A DNA stretch of 64,000 bases from Candidatus Pacearchaeota archaeon (GCA_035362275.1 DAOSDI010000001.1:22777-86776), one strand, 5' to 3'. Shown: positions 9,729-20,517, numbered from the stretch's first letter. Translations and numbers: made by a program. The notes: a model not told the origin generated them from the sequence alone.

Positions 9729-10147
9729 CAGAACGATTAATTAATGATATATTGCAAAAGCAAAGGAGGTGAGAAAACGGCTGGAGAGAAGAGTAGGTCT
9801 CTTCTTGTTGCAATGGTTGCAATTGATTTGCAAAAAATCATGCGCGATTTTGCAAGAAGAGAGGGCAGGCTTTTAGAGCTTGCGGGAGTAAATATGAAAG
9901 ATCGAGAATTTGTTCTTGATCTTGTAATCGATGCCTGCAACCTCATGAGGCGTGCCGCAAATGAAGGAAAAGAAGAGTGAGTATGTTAGAGATAATTTTG
10001 ATCATCCCTAATCCTCTGTTCCGGACGATTAGGCGCAATGATTAAAGAATAAGAACTCTGACTCCATCATTCTTCCTTGGGGGAAAAATGCTTGATTCAA
10101 AGTGTTTCGCCCTCTTTTTTTTGACAAAAGGCAAGGGCTTGATAATA

Positions 10148-10190
10148 ACTGTAGCCCGTAAACTCCAGCTCCGACGATCGCAATTTTCAT
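10148..10190 (-). pseudogene. remnant of an FAD-oxidoreductase N-terminus (MKIAIVGAGVYGL), a partial duplicate of the 8374-9372 gene start
   Basis: atgaaaattgcgatcgtcggagctggagtttacgggctac on the minus strand closely matches the start of the reductase gene. No ORF continues from it. Confidence 0.5.
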
Positions 10191-10673
10191 TGACTTTATT
10201 TTATAAATTGATAGTATCGCTTAAACGGCTGTTTAACAAATCAAGGAGGATTCTTGATGGATTGGAAAAGGATTCAATATTGGTACTATAGAAACTGGCG
10301 ATGGATGTTTGATATTTTATTTTGGGTAATAATGCTTGTGGCATTTGCTATTCTGCTTTCTTTGCCACGTGATGAATGCAATATCTATGTTGGGCTTGCC
10401 ATTCTTGGGCCGGCAGTTGTTTTCGGACTGGCGATTGGAAATATTATGTCGTGGTTGGCGGAGCGTTTTATGTAATTATGACGCTGATTATCGATGGCAT
10501 CTTAAATATAATCGTGGCGAAAGGCTGTAGCCCTCTTTTTTTTGACAAAAGGCAAGATTTGCGCTATGAATTAAATGTTGTTTGGAATAAATTAATTTTA
10601 GATTTGACTTGCGAATTTGTTGAGGATTGACCTCAAAATGCAAATTCCCGAGGTCAAACCTCCACAAATTATT

Positions 10674-10958
10674 ATGGCAAAATCAAAAAACACCGGCGGG
10701 ACAAAATTGGGCCGCGATCCGCGGCCGAAATATCTGGGCGTGAAGCTCTATGCGGGGCAGGCGGCCAAAATCGGAAGCGTGATCGTGCGCCAGCGCGGTT
10801 CGGAAATCTTGCCGGGCAAAAATGTGAAAATGGGCAAGGACGACACTCTCTATGCGATCGCCGAGGGCACCGTTGCTTACCGCGAAATCCGCAAAAAATC
10901 GTTTTCCGGCACTCAAAGAAAGGCCAAAGTGGCGGAAGTCGTAGGCACCGGAAAATAA
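10674..10958 (+). CDS. rpmA: 50S ribosomal protein L27
   Basis: MAKSKNTGGTKLGRDPRPKYLGVKLYAGQ...VRQRGSEILPGKNV matches the L27 consensus. Confidence 0.9.
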   Translation: MAKSKNTGGTKLGRDPRPKYLGVKLYAGQAAKIGSVIVRQRGSEILPGKNVKMGKDDTLYAIAEGTVAYREIRKKSFSGTQRKAKVAEVVGTGK

Positions 10959-11006
10959 TTCGTTTTTCCAAGTTTTCTAATTTTTCAAAAAACACTTGAC
11001 GATAGT

Positions 11007-11042
11007 CAAGTGTTTTTTATTGGCGTTTTTGGCCAATTATCA
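11007..11042. terminator. putative bidirectional rho-independent terminator between rpmA and pyrG
   Basis: Hairpin acacttgac-gatag-gtcaagtgt flanked by an A-run and a T-run. Confidence 0.55.
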
Positions 11043-11100
11043 ATTATCAGTTTTCAAATAAAATCCGAATGTGGTTTTAATATTTGGACTTGTTCAAGAT

Positions 11101-12729
11101 TTATGGTTTGTGATTTTTTATTGCAACTTTGATGAATTCGCGGAAAAGGGGGTGGGGTCTTTGCGGGCGGGATTTGAATTCCGGATGGAACTGCGCCGCC
11201 ATAAAAAACGGATGATCGGACAGCTCAACAATTTCGGCCAATTTTTTTTGCGGATTATTGCCGGAAATCATCAACCCGCCATCTTCCAAGATTTTGCGGT
11301 AATCGTTGTTCAGTTCATAACGGTGGCGGTGGCGTTCGGAAATCATTTTTTGCCGATAGGCATCATAGGCGCGGGTGCCCGGCGTTAATTCGCAATCATA
11401 AGCACCCAAGCGCATCGTGGCGCCCATCTTCTTGTTTTTAACCAGCGCTTTTTGCTCGGGCATCAGATCAATCACCGGTTCGGCGGTTTTCGGATCAAAT
11501 TCCGTGGAGGTGGCCGATTTTATCCCGCAGACATGCCGGGCGAATTCAATGGTTGCCAACTGCATCCCCAAGCACAACCCCAAAAACGGGATTTTATTCT
11601 TGCGGCAATATTCAATTGCCATAATCTTGCCTTCGATTCCACGACTGCCGAATCCTCCCGGAACAATGATTCCGCCATATTCATCCAGCTCCTTTAAGTT
11701 CTTCGCATCCTTTTCATAATTTTCGGCGGACAGCCAAACGATCTCCGGCTTTTTTTTGAAAAACCACGCCGCGTGTTTGACGGCCTCAATCACGGAAATG
11801 TAGGAATCAATCAATGTGAATTTTCCCGATTCAAAATATTTGCCGACGATGCCGACCTTCACCGGATCCGCGGACGAACGAATGGTATCCACAAATTTCT
11901 CCCAGTCTCCCAGATTCCTTTTTTTGGGTCTTATTTTCAATTTCAGCAGAATCCTTTCTCCCAGATGATCGTTGGCGAAATTTAACGGTACTTCATAAAC
12001 GCTGGCGGCGTCGGGGGCGGAAATGACATCCTTGGGATCAACGTTGCAAAAAATGGAAATTTTTTGTTTGCGCGGCGCGTCAATGGGCTGGCTGGCGCGG
12101 CCGATGATGAAATCCGGCTGGATGCCCGCGCCGTTTAATAATTTGCAGGCGCTTTGCACCGGCTTGGTTTTCATTTCCCCCACCGTCGCCGGAATGGGCA
12201 GATAACCGACCAAAACGAACAACACGCTTCCGGGGTTTTCCAGTTTCATCATCCGGGCGGCTTCCAAAAACAGCATATTTTGATATTCGCCCACAGTACC
12301 GCCGATCTCCACAATGGTGAAATCCGCCGCCGCGGTTTTTGCCGCGGTTTTGATGCGCCGGATCACTTCATTGGGGATATCGGGCACCACTTCCACGCAT
12401 TTGCCGTTGTATTCCAGATTTCGTTCGCGGTTGATCACCGACAAATAGACCCGCCCGGTGGTGGCATAGTTGTTTGCGCTCAAATTCTCGTCCAGAAATC
12501 TTTCGTAATTGCCCACATCCTGATCGCATTCGGTGCCGTCGTCGGTGACAAAAACTTCTCCGTGCTCAACCGGATTCATCGTGCCGGCATCAACATTGAT
12601 ATAGGGATCAAATTTTACCGCGGTGACCGAAAATCCTTTGCTTTTTAAAATTTTACCGATGGAGGCGGCGGTGATTCCCTTGCCGATGGAAGACATTACC
12701 CCTCCGGTGACGAAAATATATTTTGTCAT
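11101..12729 (-). CDS. pyrG: CTP synthase
   Basis: MTKYIFVTGGVMSSIGKGI N-terminus and a glutamine amidotransferase C-terminus (GLCLGMQ). 542 aa. Confidence 0.95.
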   Translation of the reverse strand: MTKYIFVTGGVMSSIGKGITAASIGKILKSKGFSVTAVKFDPYINVDAGTMNPVEHGEVFVTDDGTECDQDVGNYERFLDENLSANNYATTGRVYLSVINRERNLEYNGKCVEVVPDIPNEVIRRIKTAAKTAAADFTIVEIGGTVGEYQNMLFLEAARMMKLENPGSVLFVLVGYLPIPATVGEMKTKPVQSACKLLNGAGIQPDFIIGRASQPIDAPRKQKISIFCNVDPKDVISAPDAASVYEVPLNFANDHLGERILLKLKIRPKKRNLGDWEKFVDTIRSSADPVKVGIVGKYFESGKFTLIDSYISVIEAVKHAAWFFKKKPEIVWLSAENYEKDAKNLKELDEYGGIIVPGGFGSRGIEGKIMAIEYCRKNKIPFLGLCLGMQLATIEFARHVCGIKSATSTEFDPKTAEPVIDLMPEQKALVKNKKMGATMRLGAYDCELTPGTRAYDAYRQKMISERHRHRYELNNDYRKILEDGGLMISGNNPQKKLAEIVELSDHPFFMAAQFHPEFKSRPQRPHPLFREFIKVAIKNHKP

Positions 12730-12785
12730 AAAAAATTAAAAATTTATTAAAACGAAACGCCCCGTTTTTGACGGGGCGCAAAAAA

Positions 12786-13235
12786 TCATTCCGGTTCGGC
12801 GGTAACGGTTATCTTGATTTCGGCTTCCAGATTGTGCGGGAAATTGATCTTCACCCGCCAGTCGCCCAGCTCTTTTATCGGCTCCTTAAGGTCAATCTGC
12901 TTCTTGTCGGCATCAATTCCATTTTCCTTGAGAAGCTCGGCGATTTTTGAAGAATTGACCGATTCAAACAATTGGTCTTTTTCGCCGGTTTTGACTTTCA
13001 TAACAAATTCCCGACCATCAAGCGCGCTCACCTTTTTTTGAATTTCAATCAGCTCCTTTTCTTCATTCTTGGCGGCGATTTCGCGCTGGGTTTGCGCCCA
13101 AATCAAAGCGTTTTTTGTGGCGGGCTGCACCATTTTTTTCGGTAAAAGATGGTTTTTGGCGAATCCGTCGGCAACTTCTTTCACTTCAAATTTCTTTCCC
13201 AATTTCTCAATATCTTGCAGTAATATGACCTTCAT
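12786..13235 (-). CDS. rplI: 50S ribosomal protein L9
   Basis: MKVILLQDIEKLGKKFEVKEVADGFAKNHLLP, 149 aa. Confidence 0.9.
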   Translation of the reverse strand: MKVILLQDIEKLGKKFEVKEVADGFAKNHLLPKKMVQPATKNALIWAQTQREIAAKNEEKELIEIQKKVSALDGREFVMKVKTGEKDQLFESVNSSKIAELLKENGIDADKKQIDLKEPIKELGDWRVKINFPHNLEAEIKITVTAEPE

Positions 13236-13334
13236 AATAATAAGTTTAATTTTTAATTTTAATGGTTCGGTTTATTTGCCATCAATCATGAGCGCACCGA
13301 AAGGTTGTTTTTTTTATCTTCTGATTTTTATATT

Positions 13335-14537
13335 CTACTTTATATCTTTGATAATTTCAATGGCCTTTTCCAATTGAGGGTCTTTTTCGTTTTCTTCGTC
13401 TTCGGCGCTGATCTTGATTTCGGCATCCGGTGTCAATCCTTTTTCACTAATCTGTTCTCCGTTGGGCGTGAGCCATTTGGCGATGGTCACTTTCAAAGAA
13501 GCGCCTTCCGCCAGAGGCACCAGTTCCTGCACCGATCCTTTGCCGAAAGATTGCGCCCCGACGATTTTGACTTGGCGGTTGTCGCGCAGGGCGCCGGCGA
13601 GGATTTCCGAGGCGGATGCCGACCCTCCATTAATGATTACCACGACGGGATATTTTTCCAACAGCGCCGGACCGGCGGATTTGTGTTCGGTTTCGGGAAT
13701 GCCTTCGCCAAAACTTTCGCGGGTGATGACATCACCTTTTTTGACGAACCATCCGGCAATGTCTTGCGCCACCGAAAGATAACCGCCCGGATTGTTGCGC
13801 AAATCCAAAACAATCGCTTTTGCCGGGCTGTTGATGATGTCAATTGCCGCGGCCTTGAAATCGCCGCTCGCTTTCTCGGTGAATTGATAGAGCTTGATAT
13901 GAGCAATGTCGCCGTCTTTTAATTCCCAATCCAGAGAGGGAACCTTGATTACGTCCCGCGTGATCTCAAAATCGCGGGTTTCTTTCCATTCTTCCCGGAA
14001 TATCGTAAGTTTTACTTGGCTTCCTTTCGGACCGCGGATGAGATTTACCGCTTCATCGCTGGTGATGCCGGCGGTGGATTCGCCGTTGATTTGCGTGATG
14101 AAATCTCCGGCGCGGATATCGGCCTCTTTTGCCGGAGAATTTTCCAGCGGCGCGATCACGCACAGCCGGTTTTCCTTGATGCCGATCTCCATTCCCACGC
14201 CTTCAAACGATCCGGAGGTGTCTTCCAAAAACTTTTTTGAATCTTCGGGATTGAAAAACGCGGTGTAAGGATCTTCCAGCGCCGCCACCATTCCCGAAAT
14301 CGCGCCATAGATCATTTTTTGATGGTCAATTTGGCCTTTGTCCACGAAGTTATCCTCCAAGGCGTGCCACGTTTGCCAAAAAAGGGACATATCCGCGTCG
14401 GCGGGCGGCAATTTTGGGCAACTGGAAGTTGCGGTCCAATTGCCGATGGCAAAACTTGCCAGCGCGGTGACGGCGATCAAAAATCCCCAAAAATCGCGGC
14501 CTTCCCTCTTTTTGTTTTCAGTATTAAAAATTTCCAT
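13335..14537 (-). CDS. ctpA: carboxy-terminal processing protease (S41 peptidase)
   Basis: PDZ region plus the S41 catalytic segment GSASASEILAGALRDN. N-terminal signal/TM. Confidence 0.85.
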   Translation of the reverse strand: MEIFNTENKKREGRDFWGFLIAVTALASFAIGNWTATSSCPKLPPADADMSLFWQTWHALEDNFVDKGQIDHQKMIYGAISGMVAALEDPYTAFFNPEDSKKFLEDTSGSFEGVGMEIGIKENRLCVIAPLENSPAKEADIRAGDFITQINGESTAGITSDEAVNLIRGPKGSQVKLTIFREEWKETRDFEITRDVIKVPSLDWELKDGDIAHIKLYQFTEKASGDFKAAAIDIINSPAKAIVLDLRNNPGGYLSVAQDIAGWFVKKGDVITRESFGEGIPETEHKSAGPALLEKYPVVVIINGGSASASEILAGALRDNRQVKIVGAQSFGKGSVQELVPLAEGASLKVTIAKWLTPNGEQISEKGLTPDAEIKISAEDEENEKDPQLEKAIEIIKDIK

Positions 14538-14805
14538 ATTGAAATCACATTTAGAAACCGCGCCAAAAGTGCGAAAATTAAGGAATCAAACGATTTCAAT
14601 GATTTCCATCGCCAGTGCGGGTTTATCGCGTGATGCGAATAAAAAGTTTTCTTGAATTTTTTCAAACAAATCCAATCTACACCATAAATTCCGCTATCGC
14701 AAGAGCGCGCGCCATTTGGGGGCGTAATTTGTGATTTTTATCTTCCGCAATTTTGTGTTATGGTTTCTCATTATATATGCGACGCAGGCTAATACAATAA
14801 AAAAT

Positions 14806-15144
14806 ATGGCAAAAACCACAATTGAGTATGGCGATTTTGAAAAATTGGATTTGCGCGTCGGCAAGGTTCTGGCGGCAAATGAACCCGAATGGAGCAATAA
14901 ATTGATTGAGATGAAGGTTGATTTCGGATCCGAGATCGGAGAAAGAACGATTTTTGCGGGATTGCGCAAATTCGTGAATTTTACGGATTTGGTCGGCAAC
15001 AAATATGTTTTTATCGTTAATCTGGCCGAACGCAAACTGGGCGAGGGCATAAGTCAGGGAATGATGCTGGCGGCCGGCGGCGAATCAACTCACCTTCCTC
15101 TGTGCGTTGACGATGCGATTACCGAGGGGGCAAGCATCGGATAA
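14806..15144 (+). CDS. tRNA-binding domain protein (CsaA/Trbp111-like OB fold)
   Basis: DLRVGKVLAANEPEWSNKLIEMKVDFG... matches the EMAP/MetRS C-terminus-type tRNA-binding domain. Confidence 0.65.
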   Translation: MAKTTIEYGDFEKLDLRVGKVLAANEPEWSNKLIEMKVDFGSEIGERTIFAGLRKFVNFTDLVGNKYVFIVNLAERKLGEGISQGMMLAAGGESTHLPLCVDDAITEGASIG

Positions 15145-15168
15145 AAAAATAAATTTGAATAAAAGTGT

Positions 15169-15207
15169 GAAAAAACACGCCGTCTGCAAACGGCGTATTT
15201 TTTTGGG
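15169..15207. terminator. putative bidirectional intrinsic terminator
   Basis: aaaaaacacgccgtctgcaaacggcgtattttttt: GC stem acgccgt/acggcgt with a T7 tail. Confidence 0.6.
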
Positions 15208-15255
15208 TTGTTAAATGCTTGAATTTTATCAGATAATCTGCTAATCTGCCGGCGG

Positions 15256-15522
15256 TCAAAAACCGTTGTTTTTGCTATGGTTTTCGTCGGAGAAGTCTTT
15301 TTCAATCTCTTTGAATTCGTTTTCCAGCTTGTCCAATTTATCTTTGCTGGATTTTATCAGCGCGGCGGCGGTTTTCACTTTTTCCAATCCTGTCTCCACG
15401 TCCAATTCTTCTTGGCCGGAAAACCACGCCGAAATCTCGGCAAGTTCTTTTAGATTCTCGCTCAAGCTTTTTTGATTCGGCGGCGTTTGCGCGCCGGGGC
15501 TAGTTTTCTTTTTCTCGGCCAT
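15256..15522 (-). CDS. xseB: exodeoxyribonuclease VII small subunit
   Basis: Small acidic coiled-coil protein immediately downstream of, and overlapping, xseA. ...LEKVKTAAALIKSSKDKLDKLENE. Confidence 0.7.
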   Translation of the reverse strand: MAEKKKTSPGAQTPPNQKSLSENLKELAEISAWFSGQEELDVETGLEKVKTAAALIKSSKDKLDKLENEFKEIEKDFSDENHSKNNGF

Positions 15523-16726
15523 ATACTTTTTTTATTTGTGAGTTGATTATACCATCCGACAAAACAATGTCCATATCGTCGCCGGCTTTTGCGTCGCCGG
15601 CGCGCTTGATGATTGTGCCGTTAATCTTGGCGATGCAATATCCCAACCGCAGTTGCCGCGCGGGATCGCGGGCGGCGATCAATTCCTGGAAATGGGCGAT
15701 TTTTTCGGCGGCGTCGGCAAGGCTGTTTTTGATTTTTGCCATTGCCGTTTGGGCCGTGTCTTGAATTTGGCGGTCTATCCTTTGCAGGATGAATTTGAAA
15801 TTTGCCAGAATGGCGGCATATTCTTTCAAACGAAAATTTTTTTGCGCCAGCGCGTTTTTATATCCCTGAAACGAGATTGCCGCGTAGCGATCCAGCGCGC
15901 GGGGAATTTCCTGCCATGATTGAGTGAGCAGGTTTGCCGCGGCGGTGGGCGTGGAGCACATCGCGTCGGCGGCCATTGCCGCCAGCGGCACATCTTTGTC
16001 GTGCCCGATGGCGGCAATTACCGGCGCGGGGAACGCGGCGATGCGGCGCACGATGGTTTCGTTGTTAAACGCCATCATTGCTTCCAGCGAGCCGCCGCCG
16101 CGCATAATTATCAAAACATCAATCTGCCGCGATTTGAAAGTGTCAATTGACGCCAGCAAGTCCCCGACCGCCAGCTGGCCTTCCACGCGCGAATCAATGA
16201 ATTCAATCTGAAACCCGAATTTGCCGATATTGTTCAAAAAATCATGGATTACCGCGCCTTGCTTGGCGGTGATGATGCCGATTTTGCGGCAATATCGGGG
16301 AATGGCGCGCTTTTTCTCCGGCGCGAAAATCCCTTCGCTTTCAAGTTTTTTCAATAATTTGTCATAGGCGGCTTTTAACGCTCCCTCGCCGGCCAATTCA
16401 ATCGCGTCGCAGATAAACGACAGCCGGCCGGAAGGCGGATAGATTTCGCAATGCCCCGAAGCGATGATTTTCATTCCAACTCTTAACTGAATTCCAAAAA
16501 GATCCGCCCGCGACTTCCAGAGAGCGCAACTCATCACCGCGCCGCCGTTCTCATCTTTCAATGAAAAATAAATATGCCCCGTGGGGCCGGGCTTGGCTTC
16601 GCTCACTTCGCCGATGATTTTGGCTGTCAGCGGCTTGATGCGCGAATTAAGCTGTTCAACAAACTTGCCGACCGTCAACGGTCCGGCCTCAAAAAAGTTT
16701 TTCTGTTTAACATCCTCAAATTCCAT
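15500..16726 (-). CDS. xseA: exodeoxyribonuclease VII large subunit
   Basis: OB-fold N-terminus GHIYFSLKDENGGAVMSCALW plus a catalytic core. 408 aa. Confidence 0.9.
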   Translation of the reverse strand: MEFEDVKQKNFFEAGPLTVGKFVEQLNSRIKPLTAKIIGEVSEAKPGPTGHIYFSLKDENGGAVMSCALWKSRADLFGIQLRVGMKIIASGHCEIYPPSGRLSFICDAIELAGEGALKAAYDKLLKKLESEGIFAPEKKRAIPRYCRKIGIITAKQGAVIHDFLNNIGKFGFQIEFIDSRVEGQLAVGDLLASIDTFKSRQIDVLIIMRGGGSLEAMMAFNNETIVRRIAAFPAPVIAAIGHDKDVPLAAMAADAMCSTPTAAANLLTQSWQEIPRALDRYAAISFQGYKNALAQKNFRLKEYAAILANFKFILQRIDRQIQDTAQTAMAKIKNSLADAAEKIAHFQELIAARDPARQLRLGYCIAKINGTIIKRAGDAKAGDDMDIVLSDGIINSQIKKVYGREKEN

Positions 16727-16807
16727 AGATTCCTGATTTTTAGCGATATTGCCATTATAGCACCAACCGCATTTGTATAAAAAAGGACCGAGAATATTAT
16801 CTTGGTC

Positions 16808-17227
16808 CTACTGTATTTCCCTTATCTCAAATTTCTTTCTTGTCCAGAGAATTAAAAATAATACAAAGATCAAAAAAGAGATCAAAAGGAAATAGTTTAA
16901 ATCGACAAGAACTTGCCAATTATTTATTATTTCCGTCATTATTTCTGATATTGCTTGACGGAAATAATAAGCCAGAGCGACAATAGATATCACCCCTATT
17001 ATCACTAGGGTATCATCAAAGTGCTCTCCGGGCATTCTTATGTACTTTACGGTCAGCACCATTATTCTTGCTATGCTGTATAATGCAAGCAATATTGCGA
17101 TTACCAGAAGACTTGCTCTGATGATTTTCGCATCAAAGTTGTTTGCTATTGCTTGCAATATTGCGGCAAAAAAAATAGCCGTTGCCCCTATGAAGAAAAT
17201 AGAGGGATAATATTTTAGCCCCTTCAT
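16808..17227 (-). CDS. hypothetical integral membrane protein
   Basis: Four predicted TM helices, no motif. Confidence 0.35.
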   Translation of the reverse strand: MKGLKYYPSIFFIGATAIFFAAILQAIANNFDAKIIRASLLVIAILLALYSIARIMVLTVKYIRMPGEHFDDTLVIIGVISIVALAYYFRQAISEIMTEIINNWQVLVDLNYFLLISFLIFVLFLILWTRKKFEIREIQ

Positions 17228-17345
17228 TTTTTAAACCTCCTGCTATTCTTATAGATTAAAATTCTATTTTGTAAAGATTGGGAATATAAAATGATCGCGA
17301 GGGTTAAGAATTGATTGTGAATTAGTAATTACCGATTATTGGTCA

Positions 17346-17840
17346 CTAATCACAATGCCAGTCAACGCGGGATTCTTTGGTGGCGATGTCAATCACGCAA
17401 ACGGCGGCGCAATTTTTGCGGTAGGCAAGGATGCCGATTTCCCACGCGCCGCCGGTTTCGTTGCAGGAATGTTCGTCTTTGGCGCTGCCTTCCCAGGCGC
17501 ATTTGCCGGCGCCAAAAAGATGGCGGGCTTCATAGATATTCATTGTTTTGCCGTTCGGCGCGGCGCAGGTTTCAATTTCAACAAACACCAAATCATTGCT
17601 CACGATACAGCGGCGGTTGGGTTTTTCGCCGGCCACTTCTTTGCCGGCAGAAACGCATTCTTCAAAAGTGGCAATGGTGGAAGTGGCGTTTTGGCCGTTT
17701 TCGGCGGTGGTTGTCGCCGCCGGATTTTCGTTTTCCAACGCGGCGGGCGGCAATTTTGAAAAACGGCGCGATTCCCAAATCCCGGCAAAAATCAGCGCGG
17801 CAATCGCAACGGTTAAAATCAACAAATATGTTTTTTTCAT
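17346..17840 (-). CDS. hypothetical secreted/membrane-anchored Cys-containing protein (paralogous motif with the 3509-4141 product)
   Basis: N-terminal TM. Shares the motif FEECVSAG...RC with FQECVAGG...RC in the 3509-4141 protein. Confidence 0.35.
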   Translation of the reverse strand: MKKTYLLILTVAIAALIFAGIWESRRFSKLPPAALENENPAATTTAENGQNATSTIATFEECVSAGKEVAGEKPNRRCIVSNDLVFVEIETCAAPNGKTMNIYEARHLFGAGKCAWEGSAKDEHSCNETGGAWEIGILAYRKNCAAVCVIDIATKESRVDWHCD

Positions 17841-17844
17841 TTTT

Positions 17845-18939
17845 TCATTTTACTTGAATTTCAATTGAATTCTTCGGCGTTCGGCTCAAAATTTCCGCCT
17901 TGCCGTTTTTCATCCGGCACAAATCTTCAATGCGGATTCCGCCCCAACCGGGGTGATATAATCCGGGTTCAACGGTGAAAACCATATTGTTCTCCAGCAT
18001 CCCTTGGCCTTTTGGGGAAAGATTGGGCAGTTCGTGGATGTCAATGCCCACACCGTGCCCCAAGCCATGGGTGAAAAATTCATCTTCTCCGGCGGCGGCA
18101 AAATTATTGACGGCGTTTTCAAAAATCTGCACGGGTAATGCGCCTGCCTTGCATTCGGCAATCGCTTTTTGCTGGGTTTGTAAAACGAGGCTGTAAAGAT
18201 TCTTGTATTTTGCCGGCGCCTTGCCCACAAAAACCATCCGGGTCATATCCGCGTCATAATTTTTATATCGCGCCCCGATATCAATCACCACCATCTCCCC
18301 CGCCTTTATCTTCTTGTTTGACCCCTCGTAGTGCGGATCCGCCGAGTTCTTCCCGCTGGCCACGATCGGATCAAACGCGATTCCCGTGGCCCCAAATCCG
18401 TTCATTATTTCAATTGTTTTTTGCTTTAAATAAATTTCGGCAACTCCGGGTTTGATCAATTTCAGCAATTCGGCAAATGTTTTGTCGGTAATCGCCGCGG
18501 CTTTTTTTATTAAAGCGATTTCTCCGGCGCTTTTTATGCCGCGTGTTTGCTCTACTATATCCGCGAAAGGCATAAATTTTTTCCCCGCGAGTAATTTTTT
18601 AAAGTTTTCATATTTGGCATAACTGAATTGGTGGCTTTCAAAGCCGATTTTTTCTGAATTTTTTAAAATATCAACAATTATTTTTCCAAAACCGGCGCTT
18701 TTATCCGCCAGGCGAATATTTCTTTGCGGTATTTTTTTCCGAATTTGTTTTAAATGGAAATTTGTTCCGATAAAATAGAAATTATTTTTTAGGATTACCA
18801 GATAAAAAGTATTTTTTATTAAGTTATCAACCACGCCGGTCAGGTAATAATTGTTCGCGTTACCATTTACGATAAAAGCATCCAATTCTTCGTTTTTGAT
18901 GGCTTTTTGTATTATTTTTATTCTTTCGAGCGATGCCAT
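17845..18939 (-). CDS. pepP: Xaa-Pro aminopeptidase (M24B family)
   Basis: HGLGHGVGIDIHELP metal-binding signature and pita-bread fold motifs. 364 aa. Confidence 0.85.
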   Translation of the reverse strand: MASLERIKIIQKAIKNEELDAFIVNGNANNYYLTGVVDNLIKNTFYLVILKNNFYFIGTNFHLKQIRKKIPQRNIRLADKSAGFGKIIVDILKNSEKIGFESHQFSYAKYENFKKLLAGKKFMPFADIVEQTRGIKSAGEIALIKKAAAITDKTFAELLKLIKPGVAEIYLKQKTIEIMNGFGATGIAFDPIVASGKNSADPHYEGSNKKIKAGEMVVIDIGARYKNYDADMTRMVFVGKAPAKYKNLYSLVLQTQQKAIAECKAGALPVQIFENAVNNFAAAGEDEFFTHGLGHGVGIDIHELPNLSPKGQGMLENNMVFTVEPGLYHPGWGGIRIEDLCRMKNGKAEILSRTPKNSIEIQVK

Positions 18940-19003
18940 AAATTTACTTTTTGCTTAAAATGAGTTAATTTCAAGAATAACACGATTAAATACTACCACA
19001 ACT

Positions 19004-20425
19004 ATGGATAAAAACGAACAAACCGAGCCGAATTTGATGTTTGAAAAGAAATTCGCGTTTGATATTTGGGACGATGCCACGACCAAAAAATGTTTTGATT
19101 TTTGCGAGGGTTACAAAGAATTTTTAAGCGCTTGCAAAACCGAAAGGCAAACAGTGGAAGCCGTAAAAAACATTGCCGCCGCCGCCGGATTTGCTTCCTT
19201 GGAACATATTGATTCCGGAAGTAACGATACGATCGCGGCGCACAAGGTATATTCAATCAATCGCGGCAAGTCAATCGTTTTGGCAAGGCGCGGCAAAAAA
19301 CCGATAAAGAATGGCGCGCGGATAATTTTGGCGCACATTGATTCTCCCCGCTTGGATTTGAAAGTCAGGCCGATATTTGAAAGCGAGCATCTTGCCTTTC
19401 TCAAAACTCATTATTACGGCGGCATAAAAAAATATCAATGGACCGCATTGCCATTGTCCGTGCACGGGAAAATTATCAAGGAAAACGGTGAAGCGATTGA
19501 TATTTCCATCGGCGAAGATCCGGGAGATCCGATTTTTATGATTACCGATTTGTTGCCCCATTTGTCAAAAAATCAGCTTGAGAAAAAACTTGAAGACGCG
19601 ATTACCGCCGAAAGTTTGAATGTGATTTCGGCCGGGATGGGAACAAAAAACAAGGACGATAAAGATTCGGTCAAAAAGAATCTGCTGAAATTGCTTAATC
19701 AGAAATACGGCATTTGTGAGGAAGACTTTGTTTCGGCGGACTTGGAATTGGTGCCGGCCGGATCCGCGCGCGATCTGGGTTTTGACCGAAGCTTGATTGC
19801 CGCCTACGGGCACGATGACCGCGTTTGCGCTTGGACGGCCCTGCGGGCATTCTTGGAAACCGCGGACGGCGAATATCCGTCAATTCTGGTGCTGACCGAC
19901 AATGAGGAAACCGGCAGTGAAGGTGCCACGGGAGCAAATTCAAATTATATCGCGGACTTTGTGAGCGAATTGGTCTTTCTGGAAACCAAAGAACACGACG
20001 AGAATGTTTTGCGCGACGCTTTTTCAAAAAGCAAAGCAATTTCCGCCGATGTTACCGCGGGCTTTGATCCGGACTACGCGGATGTTTTTGATCCGCTGAA
20101 TACCGCGCGCATCGGTGCCGGCGTGGCGATAGAGAAACATACGGGATATCGAGGGAAATATGAAACCAGTGAAGCGACCGCCGAATATACCGCGTTCATC
20201 CGAAAAGCAATGAATCAAAACGATATCGTTTGGCAGACCGGCGGGATGGGAAAGGTTGATGCCGGCGGCGGCGGTACCATCGCGATGCAATTGGCGCGCT
20301 TGAATATGGATATTGTTGATTTTGGCGTTCCTTTGCTGTCAATGCACGCGCCGTTTGAGATCGCCAGCAAGGCCGATATTTATTCGGCGTATTTGGCTTA
20401 TAAGGCTTTCTATGAAAGCAAATAA
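19004..20425 (+). CDS. M18-family aminopeptidase (aspartyl aminopeptidase-like)
   Basis: DNEETGSEGATGA segment and overall length and pattern typical of M18/M42 aminopeptidases. 473 aa. Confidence 0.7.
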   Translation: MDKNEQTEPNLMFEKKFAFDIWDDATTKKCFDFCEGYKEFLSACKTERQTVEAVKNIAAAAGFASLEHIDSGSNDTIAAHKVYSINRGKSIVLARRGKKPIKNGARIILAHIDSPRLDLKVRPIFESEHLAFLKTHYYGGIKKYQWTALPLSVHGKIIKENGEAIDISIGEDPGDPIFMITDLLPHLSKNQLEKKLEDAITAESLNVISAGMGTKNKDDKDSVKKNLLKLLNQKYGICEEDFVSADLELVPAGSARDLGFDRSLIAAYGHDDRVCAWTALRAFLETADGEYPSILVLTDNEETGSEGATGANSNYIADFVSELVFLETKEHDENVLRDAFSKSKAISADVTAGFDPDYADVFDPLNTARIGAGVAIEKHTGYRGKYETSEATAEYTAFIRKAMNQNDIVWQTGGMGKVDAGGGGTIAMQLARLNMDIVDFGVPLLSMHAPFEIASKADIYSAYLAYKAFYESK

Positions 20426-20517
20426 AATACTTGATTTGCGATTGAAGATTTATGATTTACGGGTGGAGTATTATAATTCTATCCTGAATCATAAATCGTA
20501 TATCTTGAATCAAAAAA

